Shown: positions 38,651-48,040 of the stretch, piece after piece
Position numbering within the stretch: the stretch's first letter is position 1
Layout: each line of letters starts with the position of its first letter
Assembly (NCBI GenBank): GCA_036012755.1
Contig: DASCPX010000047.1
Span: 32,001 to 96,000, forward strand
From: Myxococcota bacterium
GTDB lineage: Bacteria; Myxococcota_A; UBA796; CAJQPC01
DNA: 64,000 nucleotides
Direction of reading: 5' to 3'
Translations under genes and position numbers: made by a program
Notes under the pieces: generated by a model
The model's input: only the letters and a program-made list of their open reading frames with translations
Databases searched by the model: none
What the model was told of the DNA's origin: nothing

Positions 38651-39718
38651 CTATCCGCCGACGGCCTGTTGGTGGCGCTCGATGCATGCGGCGAGGGCAT
38701 CGTCCGAGAAGCCCTCCTCCTTCCAGACCCGCTCCACGACGAGCTCTCCCGCGTCGATCCGGCCCTTCAGCCTGCCGACGAGCCGACCGTCGAACAACAG
38801 CGGGCAGACGTACCAGCCGAAGCGGCGCTTCTCTGGCTTCGTGTAGACCTCCCAGCGGTAGGAGAAGTCCCAGAGGTGCTCGACCAGCTTGCGATCCCAG
38901 ATCAGCGGATCGAGCGGCCCCAGGATGCGCATCCGCCCGTCGTCCTCTGGGAATCGGCGATCCAGGAAGCCGCGAGGAGCCAGGTATTTCCTGCGTGATC
39001 CCTCGATCGTGACGAGGTCGACCTCCGGTGAGGCCTCCTTGCGTAGCGCCGACCAGAGCTGGGGGTGGCCCCAGGCCATCAGGCCCGCGGCTTCAGCGCG
39101 CTCGCGGATCGACCAGCGCTGGAAGTCGCCACCCGCCGGGAGCACGCCGAGGGATCGCTCGGGGAGGTCGTAGAGCTTCTGTCTCCCGCGACGACCGGCC
39201 ACGACGACCCGGCAGCGCGTCCAGAGGACCTCCAGCGCCATCGTGCCCGCCTTGGCCGTTCCCTTCCAGCCACTCCAGTCCATGGGCTTCACGCGTCCGT
39301 AGTCCGGCAGGTCCTTCGCGCCGATGGGGCCCCGATCGCGGACCTCGCCGAAGACCGCCTCGACCACACCAGCGGGCAGCTTGCGATGCCGCTCCCGCAG
39401 CCTCCACCACGGCGTCTCCACCGAGCGTCCGGAGTAGTAGGGGAAGGCCGAGGCCGGCAGCAGGCAGCGCTCCTTGAAGAAGTGCTCGAAGGCATGGCTG
39501 GGCATCAAGGCCTCGTAGACCTCGCCGAGGCGAAGGCCGTCCACCCGGGCCAGAGCCACCAGGTCCGCGTTCGTTCCGATCGCCGAGAGCGGGTCCAGCT
39601 GGATGCAGCGCAGATCGCGCAGGACATGCCGCACGGCCTCGGCCCCGGAGCCCGAGACCTGCCTCAGCCCGAGCTGCCCGAGGAGGAAGCGTCGGGCGAT
39701 CTCCTGGGTGATCTCCAT
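38651..39718 (-). CDS. YcaQ/AlkZ (HTH_42) family winged-helix DNA crosslink glycosylase
   Basis: IQLDP (QxD motif), GPLDPLIWDR, FSYRWEVY..KRRFGWYVCPLL. Confidence 0.85.
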   Translation of the reverse strand: MEITQEIARRFLLGQLGLRQVSGSGAEAVRHVLRDLRCIQLDPLSAIGTNADLVALARVDGLRLGEVYEALMPSHAFEHFFKERCLLPASAFPYYSGRSVETPWWRLRERHRKLPAGVVEAVFGEVRDRGPIGAKDLPDYGRVKPMDWSGWKGTAKAGTMALEVLWTRCRVVVAGRRGRQKLYDLPERSLGVLPAGGDFQRWSIRERAEAAGLMAWGHPQLWSALRKEASPEVDLVTIEGSRRKYLAPRGFLDRRFPEDDGRMRILGPLDPLIWDRKLVEHLWDFSYRWEVYTKPEKRRFGWYVCPLLFDGRLVGRLKGRIDAGELVVERVWKEEGFSDDALAACIERHQQAVGG

Positions 39719-39815
39719 GACGACGGATTCTGTCACGCCGGTGGTCGATGTCACGGTCTGACCCCCTGCAGGGCTTTGGAATCACAGGATAAACTTTGTC
39801 ACGCAGATCCCAGGT

Positions 39816-39834
39816 GTCGGGGTCTGACCCCGAC
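39816..39834. repeat. REP-like palindrome GTCGGGGTC-T-GACCCCGAC (partial second copy GGTCTGACCCC at 39755-39765)
   Basis: Direct reading of the divergent intergenic region. Confidence 0.6.
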
Positions 39835-39848
39835 GGTGGGGGTTTTGG

Positions 39849-39875
39849 TCAAGGCCACACGTCCTGAACCGATTC
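39849..39875 (+). promoter_or_regulatory. Sigma-28-like promoter of the giant surface protein
   Basis: TCAA-N15-ACCGATTC; ATG 39882 follows 6 nt later with no SD. Confidence 0.6.
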
Positions 39876-39881
39876 GTGGGC

Positions 39882-42800
39882 ATGATCTGGATCTCTCTGT
39901 CCTTGGCGCGCGCCGGAACCATCGAGGTCCCAGGGGACTACGGAACGCTGTCGGCGGCCATCGCCGCGGCCAGCGACGGGGACACCATCGAGGTCGACAC
40001 CGACCTCACCGAGACAGTCGATCTGCAAGGAAAGAGCTTGACGATCGTCGGCAACGGCCATGAGATTGCGCCGAGTAGCGGCTCCTATGTCGTGCGCTGG
40101 GACGACGGCGAAGAGGGGAGCCTCGAGGACTTCGAGATCACGCCGCCCAGCGGCGCGCGCGCCTTCGTCCTCGAGAACGCCAGCGTCTCCATCTCTGAAG
40201 TCACGATCAACGCCAGCGGCAAGGACACCCTCGACGGCGGCGCCATCAACATCGACGGCGGGAGCCCGAGCTTCGAGGACCTCACCATCACAGACGCTGT
40301 CGGTCGCAAGGGCGGCGCGATCTACATCGACGGCAGCGCCACCGTGACGCTCACCGATGTCGACATCGAGGACGCAGAGGCCACCTGGGGTGCCGGTCTG
40401 GCGATCACCGACAGCGCGGCCGTCACCGCCACGAGGGTCACGATCTCCGACCCCGAAGCCAGCCGGCAGGGGGTCGGCGTCTTCCTCGACGGCGCCACGC
40501 TGACGGGAACCACCCTGAAGATCACGGATCCCTCCGGCGAAGACACCTTCGGCGCCGGGCTCTACCTGCAGGACCACGCGGTCCTCGACCTCACCGGTGG
40601 CAGCATCACCGGCTGCTCGGTCAGCACGACTGGCTACTCCGGCGGCGGTGTCTACGCCGAGAACGGCTCGGCGATGACGCTCACGAGCCTGAGTATCGAC
40701 AGCTGCGAGGCCAGCTACGGCGGCGCCATCGCGCTCGATGCATCAAGCGCCGAGCTGTCCAACGTCAGCTTCACGGGCAACCTCGCCGAAGAGCGCGGCG
40801 GGGCCATCTACCTCGAGTCTGCGGCAGAGCTCTCCTGCGACGGCTGCAGCTTCGACGCCAACGAAGCGGACCTCGGCGGCGCGGTCGCCGTCGACGAGTC
40901 CTCCACCTTCGTCGATGACGAGGGCAGCTACGAGAACAACGTCGCCGCCAACGAGGGAGGCGCCGTCTGGCTGCGCTCGGCTGCGACCTTCGAGCTCTCC
41001 GAGTTCAGCAGCAACAGCGCCAGCGATGGCGGGGCCATCTACGCCTACGACATCGGCGACGTGCTCGAGATCATCGACGGGACCTTCACGACCAACGACG
41101 CCACCGGTGAAGGGGGAGCGATCTTCGTCGAGGACGACGGGGAGCTCGACGTCGACGGCAGCACCTTCGACGAGAACATCGCCGACAGCGGCGGCGCCAT
41201 CGCCTTCTCACCTGGCGACAACAGCTGGGATCTCACGGTCACCGACAGCACCTTCGAGTCCAACGAGGCCACGGACGACGGCGGGGCCATCCACGTCTCC
41301 AAGGGCGAGCTCATCGCGCTCCGCGGGGTCGACTTCCTCCGCGGCAGCGCGGGCGAGGACGGCGGCGCTCTCTACGTCTACGCCTCGGACGAACTCACCG
41401 TCACGCGCTGCCTCTTCTTCGACAACGAAGCCACCGAGTATGGCGGCGCGGCGGTCGAGAGCGCGACGGTGGAAGCCAGCACCTGGACGAACAACCTCGT
41501 CGTCGAGAACGACGCGGACAACGCGGCGGGCATCCTCTTCGACGACTGCGAGGACACCTCCTACGTCGCCAACAACGACTTCCTGGCCAACGACATCGGC
41601 TCCGCAGGCGCCGGGGTGATCTGGATCGAGGACGGCGGCGTCGAGTTCCTCAACAACATCGTCGCCGACAACAACGGCGGCTACGCGATCTACTGCGCGG
41701 ACACCGACGTCGACGGGCTCTCCGACTTCTTCCACAACGACTTCTCGGACAACGACGGCGGCGGCAGCGACTTCGACGGCTGCACCGACCCGGGGACCGA
41801 CGACGGCAACCTCGAGGACGACCCGGACTGGCGCTCGGCGCCGAGCTGGGATGGGGACGAGTCCGACGACGACTACCACCTCGATCCCGGCAGCACACTG
41901 GTCGACGCGGGCCAGACGGACATCTACGACCCGGACGGCTCGGTCAGCGACATCGGCGCCTTCGGCGGTCCTGACGCAGAGGTCAACGACGCCGACGGCG
42001 ACGGCTACTACGACACGACCGACTGCGACGACGGCGACGCCACCATCCACCCCGACGCCACCGAGACCCCCTACGACGGCATCGACCAGGACTGCGACGG
42101 CGGCGATCTCGTCGACGTGGACGGCGACGGCTACGACGGCGACGTGGACGACTGCGACGACGACAACGCCGTGATCAACCCCGGCGCCGAGGAGACCTGG
42201 TACGACGGCATCGACGCCGACTGCGACGGGCTCTCCGACTACGACGCCGACCTCGATCTCTACGACGACCAGCGCTACGGCGGCCTCGACTGCGACGACG
42301 AGGACGCGGCCGTGAACCCCTCTGGGACAGAGGTCTGGTACGACGGCGTCGACCAGGACTGCGACGGGTGGTCCGACTACGACGCCGACATGGACGGCTT
42401 CGACTCCGCCAGCTACGGCGGCGACGACTGCGACGACACCCGCCCCTTCGTCAACCCTGGCGCCCGCGAGATCCCCTACGACGGCGTGGACGAGGACTGC
42501 GACGGCGAGGAGATCTGGGACGTGGACGGCGACGGCTGGGAGGGCACCCCCGGTGCCGGCGCGGACTGCAACGACAACGACCCCGCCATCCACCCGGGCG
42601 CCGAGGAGATCCCCTACAACAGCTTCGACGAGAACTGCGACGGCCACGTCTCCTACGACAACGACGACGACGGCTTCGACCGCGATCCTCCCGGCAGCGA
42701 CTGCGACGACGACGACGCGAGCGTCTTCCCGGGGGCTGTCGAGGCCTGGTACGACGGCATCGACCAGGACTGCCTCGGCGACGACGACTACGACGCCGAC

Positions 42801-44960
42801 GGCGACGGTCAGCAGCCAGAGGCCTACGGAGGCTTGGACTGCGACGACCTCGACTCCCTCGTCTATGTCGGCGCCTCGGAGAACTACTACGACGGCATCG
42901 ATCAGAACTGCGACGGCGCCGATGACTACGACCGGGATCGAGACGGCCACCGGGCCGAGGACTGGGGCGAAGACTGCGACGACCGCCGTGACGACGCCTA
43001 CCCCGGAGCAGAGGAGCTCTTCAACGGCCTCGACGACGACTGCGACGGCTACCCAGAGGACGCCGACCGCGACGGTGACGGCGCCATCGACTGGGTCGAG
43101 TGGGCCATCGGCAGCGATCCGGAGGACCCGGACACGGACGATGACGGCGACGAGGACGGCAAGGAGCTCTACGAGGCCACAGAGGGCGTCGACAGCGATC
43201 TGGACGGCGTGCTCGACGTCTTCGACGACGACGACGACGGCGACGGCATCCCCTCGCTCACGGAGAACACCGCCGATCCGGATCGGGACGGCGTGGTGGA
43301 CGCGGACGTCGACGGTGACGGGATCCGCAACTCCCGCGACAGGGACAGCGACGGCGACGGCTACCTCGACGAGGACGAGGGCGCAGAGGACAAGGACTTC
43401 GACGGCGTGCCCGAGTACATCGACTACAACGGCGACTACGCTGGCGGCGGCTGCGCGGGCTTCGGGATCACCTGGCTCTCCGTCCTGGCCTTCCCGGTCT
43501 TGCTGTCGCGGCGTCGGCGGCACTTCGCGACGCTGCTGGGGCTCATCGGAATCAGCGGCCTGTTCGCGATGACCAGCACCGCCGAGGCGGCCGATTCCCA
43601 CGGCTACCAGCTCCTCGGCACCACCGGCGATGTCTACGGCTACGCGCGCATCGCCTATCCAGACGGCGGGCAGCGCGGCGACTGGGACGTCTCCGTCGTC
43701 GGCGACCACGCCTGGCGGCCCCTGGTCGAGGTCCTCCCAGAGGGCAGGACTCCGTTGATCTCGAACCTCTCGACCGCCAACATCGCCATGTCCGGCTCCC
43801 TCGGTGCTCGCACCCGCCTCGAGGCGGTCGTGCCAGTCCACGCCTACGGCGTCGGTCCCACGGGCAGCTTCGCCGCGATGGGTGATGCGCGGCTCGGCGC
43901 GGTCGTGCCCGCCTGGTCCCCCGCCGGCATCCGCCCGGGGCTCGCCATCGCTCCCAGCGTGTGGATCCCCACAGGCAGCGAGGACCGCATGGTCGGAAAC
44001 CCGGGCATCTCCGCTGGTGGTGTCGTGACCGTCGCCCAGGAGCTCGGCCGCCTCGGCTGGGTCGCCAACGTCGGCGCGCGCGCTGGCCGCTTCGAGCCCG
44101 AGCGCAACCTGCGGGCCGGCGCTGGACCGCTGGTCGGAGTCGGGGCCCACTACGCGGTCACGGACGCGCTCACGGTCGCAACAGAGGCCACCGTGCAGGG
44201 GTCGACGGGGTTCTCGAGCTGGCCGGTCGAGCTGATGGCCTCTGGTCGCATCCGCCTCAGAGGAGGGAGCTGGGCGACCGTCGGTGTCGGCGCCGGCCTG
44301 AACGATGCGGTGGGCGCCAGCACCGCCCGCGTCGTCATCGGCGGAGGCTTCAACAAGCGCAACGAGCCGCCGCCAGAGGTGATGCTGCAGTACGTCGAGA
44401 CCATCGTGGAGATCGAGGTCGAGCCAGAGTTCGACCCTCTCGGCGACGACGACGGCGACGGCGTGCTCAACGGCGACGACCGCTGCCCGGACGTGCCGAT
44501 CTACGAGGCCCAGGACCCCCGCTTCAGCGACGGCTGCCCGAAGCTGGCCGAGCTCTCCGGGGACCGCATCATCATCACCCAGAGCATCTTCTTCCGAGAG
44601 GCCAGCGCCACGATCCAGCGCAAGTCCTTCGACGTGCTGGACGAGGTCGCCCGCATCCTGATCGAGCACCCCGAGATCGACGCCCTGCTCATCGAGGGCC
44701 ACACCAACGACAACGGCGGCCCCGAGTACAACTACCGGCTCTCAGAGGACCGCGCGGTCAGCGTCATGCGCCACCTCATCGACGAGGGTGTCGATCGCAA
44801 CCGCCTGGTCGCCCAGGGCTACGGCTATGACGTCCCCCTTGTCGAGCACGATCACGCCGACGCGAAGCAGGTCAACCGCCGGGTCGAGTTCACGGTCGTG
44901 AAGCGCAGCGAGGAGCCCGGCGACGCCCGGATCCCGGACGAGGGCGAGCTGGCGGACTAG
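39882..44960 (+). CDS. Giant cell-surface protein: beta-helix (GGAI repeats) + ~8 MopE-type repeats + TSP3-like repeats + internal MYXO-CTERM-like/signal hairpin + beta-barrel + OmpA-C domain
   Basis: Single uninterrupted ORF; GGAI..FxxN repeats; DCDD/YDGIDQDCDG repeats; GGGCAG..LLSRRRRH..TAEA; OmpA motifs IEGHT..YNYRLSEDRA..NRRVEF. Confidence 0.85.
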   Translation: MIWISLSLARAGTIEVPGDYGTLSAAIAAASDGDTIEVDTDLTETVDLQGKSLTIVGNGHEIAPSSGSYVVRWDDGEEGSLEDFEITPPSGARAFVLENASVSISEVTINASGKDTLDGGAINIDGGSPSFEDLTITDAVGRKGGAIYIDGSATVTLTDVDIEDAEATWGAGLAITDSAAVTATRVTISDPEASRQGVGVFLDGATLTGTTLKITDPSGEDTFGAGLYLQDHAVLDLTGGSITGCSVSTTGYSGGGVYAENGSAMTLTSLSIDSCEASYGGAIALDASSAELSNVSFTGNLAEERGGAIYLESAAELSCDGCSFDANEADLGGAVAVDESSTFVDDEGSYENNVAANEGGAVWLRSAATFELSEFSSNSASDGGAIYAYDIGDVLEIIDGTFTTNDATGEGGAIFVEDDGELDVDGSTFDENIADSGGAIAFSPGDNSWDLTVTDSTFESNEATDDGGAIHVSKGELIALRGVDFLRGSAGEDGGALYVYASDELTVTRCLFFDNEATEYGGAAVESATVEASTWTNNLVVENDADNAAGILFDDCEDTSYVANNDFLANDIGSAGAGVIWIEDGGVEFLNNIVADNNGGYAIYCADTDVDGLSDFFHNDFSDNDGGGSDFDGCTDPGTDDGNLEDDPDWRSAPSWDGDESDDDYHLDPGSTLVDAGQTDIYDPDGSVSDIGAFGGPDAEVNDADGDGYYDTTDCDDGDATIHPDATETPYDGIDQDCDGGDLVDVDGDGYDGDVDDCDDDNAVINPGAEETWYDGIDADCDGLSDYDADLDLYDDQRYGGLDCDDEDAAVNPSGTEVWYDGVDQDCDGWSDYDADMDGFDSASYGGDDCDDTRPFVNPGAREIPYDGVDEDCDGEEIWDVDGDGWEGTPGAGADCNDNDPAIHPGAEEIPYNSFDENCDGHVSYDNDDDGFDRDPPGSDCDDDDASVFPGAVEAWYDGIDQDCLGDDDYDADGDGQQPEAYGGLDCDDLDSLVYVGASENYYDGIDQNCDGADDYDRDRDGHRAEDWGEDCDDRRDDAYPGAEELFNGLDDDCDGYPEDADRDGDGAIDWVEWAIGSDPEDPDTDDDGDEDGKELYEATEGVDSDLDGVLDVFDDDDDGDGIPSLTENTADPDRDGVVDADVDGDGIRNSRDRDSDGDGYLDEDEGAEDKDFDGVPEYIDYNGDYAGGGCAGFGITWLSVLAFPVLLSRRRRHFATLLGLIGISGLFAMTSTAEAADSHGYQLLGTTGDVYGYARIAYPDGGQRGDWDVSVVGDHAWRPLVEVLPEGRTPLISNLSTANIAMSGSLGARTRLEAVVPVHAYGVGPTGSFAAMGDARLGAVVPAWSPAGIRPGLAIAPSVWIPTGSEDRMVGNPGISAGGVVTVAQELGRLGWVANVGARAGRFEPERNLRAGAGPLVGVGAHYAVTDALTVATEATVQGSTGFSSWPVELMASGRIRLRGGSWATVGVGAGLNDAVGASTARVVIGGGFNKRNEPPPEVMLQYVETIVEIEVEPEFDPLGDDDGDGVLNGDDRCPDVPIYEAQDPRFSDGCPKLAELSGDRIIITQSIFFREASATIQRKSFDVLDEVARILIEHPEIDALLIEGHTNDNGGPEYNYRLSEDRAVSVMRHLIDEGVDRNRLVAQGYGYDVPLVEHDHADAKQVNRRVEFTVVKRSEEPGDARIPDEGELAD

Positions 44961-44972
44961 CCGAGACGCTTC

Positions 44973-46475
<1,503 letters not shown>

Positions 46476-46489
46476 GCCCTGGTCTTATC

Positions 46490-47947
46490 TCAAGCTGCCC
46501 ACGACGCCCGGTTGCAGCCCCTGTTGCGCTCCAGGTGCGCCTCGATGCGCGCGTGGAACTGCTCGGCGTCGATGTGGTGGTCCGGATCGAGGGTGAGCCC
46601 GATGACCGTGCTCGAGAGCAGGATGCGCTGGCCTCCGAGGTCCAGCTTCATCATCTCGATCGCCGCCCGGATGCGCTCGGCAAGGACTCGCCCGCCGGCA
46701 GTGTCGGTGCGGGGCAGGATGATGCCGAAGCAGTCCCCCGCAGTGCGCGCGACGAAGTCCGTCTCCCGGACCATGCGCTGCAGCGTCGCCGCGACGCGAC
46801 GGAGGATCTCGTCTCCAGCGGCCTGCCCGTAGCGCTGGTTGTGCTCGTCCTGGCGGTCGATGTCCACCAGCACGCAGGACAGCGCGTCGTGGGTCGAGTG
46901 GGCCGTCTCGATCTCGTTCCGCAGCGTCATGAAGTAGCGCTGGCGGGTCGGGAGCCCCGTCAGCATGTCCTGCTGCGTCAGCGCCTGGATCCTGAGCTTC
47001 AGCTCCTCGATGTGGCGGGTCAGGGTGCGCTTCTCTGCGCGCATCTCTTCGATCTTGTGGACGAGGTCGTCCCGATCGAGGCCGTCGAGGCCGTCGTCCG
47101 AGTGCTTCAGCATCTGCGTGAGATCCGGCTGACGGCGGAGAGACACGCCGAAGATGTCCGCGATCTCGTCGACTGTGACGCCGACCGAGGAGACCATCGT
47201 CTCGGCCTCCTTCGGGGACACTCCCAGGGACTCCGCGAGGATCGTCGAGGCATCCAGCATCGCCTGCTGCGGGTCCGCCGCGGTCCAGACCTCGGCGATG
47301 ACGTCGGACAGGGCCGCGAGCTGTCGGAGTCGGTCGGAGCGCTCGTCGGGCTCTCCGGGCTCGTGGTGGAGCATGACCGGCCGCGTGATGTCCCGGGGCA
47401 GGTGCCAGGCTGCGGAGATGGCGGCGAAGTCCTCGACGTGGGTGTACTTGAGGAACTCCCGCTCCTTGGCCACCCGCGCTTTTCCGTGGAGGCCGCGCAC
47501 CGTGTCGAACCAGATCGACAGCGAGGGGTCCCTGAGGATCGTCGCGAGCTTGCCGAGCTCGACGCAGAAGCCGATCGCCACGGCGATGTCAGGTGTCACC
47601 TGTGGGAACTTCGTGGCGATCGCGACGGCTGCGCAGGCCCGCCTCAGGCAGTCTTCGTTCAGCTTGTGCTTGAGATCCTGGTCGATGTCCGCCCGCTCGA
47701 CCGCCTCGGCCGCGGCGTAGCAGACAGCGAGGCTGCCGAGGGCCTTGGCCCCCAACAGCAGCGCCGCGCGCTGGGCGTTGTCGACCCGCGACTGGATGCC
47801 GAAGGTGCTGGAGTTGACGTAGCGCAGCACGCACTTGGAGAAGACCGGATCCTGGGCGGCGAGGGCGCCGAGCCGCTGCACGCTCGCGTCAGGGCTCCAC
47901 GCGAGGCGGATGATGTCGAGGAGCTGCGAGGTGGGCGCGGGAACCAT
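46490..47947 (-). CDS. HDOD + coiled coil + degenerate GGDEF domain protein
   Basis: QDPVFSKCVLRYVNSS..AAWHLP (HDOD); DMLTGL, LVDID, RETD, AGDCF in place of GGDEF; GGAG SD before ATG 47947. Confidence 0.85.
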   Translation of the reverse strand: MVPAPTSQLLDIIRLAWSPDASVQRLGALAAQDPVFSKCVLRYVNSSTFGIQSRVDNAQRAALLLGAKALGSLAVCYAAAEAVERADIDQDLKHKLNEDCLRRACAAVAIATKFPQVTPDIAVAIGFCVELGKLATILRDPSLSIWFDTVRGLHGKARVAKEREFLKYTHVEDFAAISAAWHLPRDITRPVMLHHEPGEPDERSDRLRQLAALSDVIAEVWTAADPQQAMLDASTILAESLGVSPKEAETMVSSVGVTVDEIADIFGVSLRRQPDLTQMLKHSDDGLDGLDRDDLVHKIEEMRAEKRTLTRHIEELKLRIQALTQQDMLTGLPTRQRYFMTLRNEIETAHSTHDALSCVLVDIDRQDEHNQRYGQAAGDEILRRVAATLQRMVRETDFVARTAGDCFGIILPRTDTAGGRVLAERIRAAIEMMKLDLGGQRILLSSTVIGLTLDPDHHIDAEQFHARIEAHLERNRGCNRASWAA

Positions 47948-47970
47948 TCCGGTCTCCAAGGTCTCTCGAC

Positions 47971-48032
47971 TCTTCGGATCCTGATCGGAGGGTATTGAGC
48001 AAACCTCAAGAGCTTGTTGCGCCGACCGATGT
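47971..48032. promoter_or_regulatory. Divergent, overlapping sigma-28-like promoters (flhA and HDOD-GGDEF)
   Basis: Plus: TCAA(48006)-N15-ACCGATGT. Minus: TGAG(48008)-N15-TCCGATCA and TCAA(47998)-N16-TCCGAAGA. Confidence 0.55.
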
Positions 48033-48040
48033 GGGCTTCG

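Noticed and set aside
510..38653. TAGCTT before hflX and TAGGGT before the ABC1 kinase as leaderless -10 boxes
   Set aside because: In both cases the TAG is the upstream gene's stop codon, so they are not independent evidence.
41985..43440. Non-coding repeat array in the GAC-rich stretch
   Set aside because: In-frame protein repeats (MopE/TSP3-like) with synonymous variation.
41208..44702. Very long antisense and alternative-frame ORFs (e.g. 41208..44702, 27490..30186, 21518..23968, 19272..21521)
   Set aside because: Expected in high-GC DNA opposite real genes; V/A/R/P-rich with no motifs.
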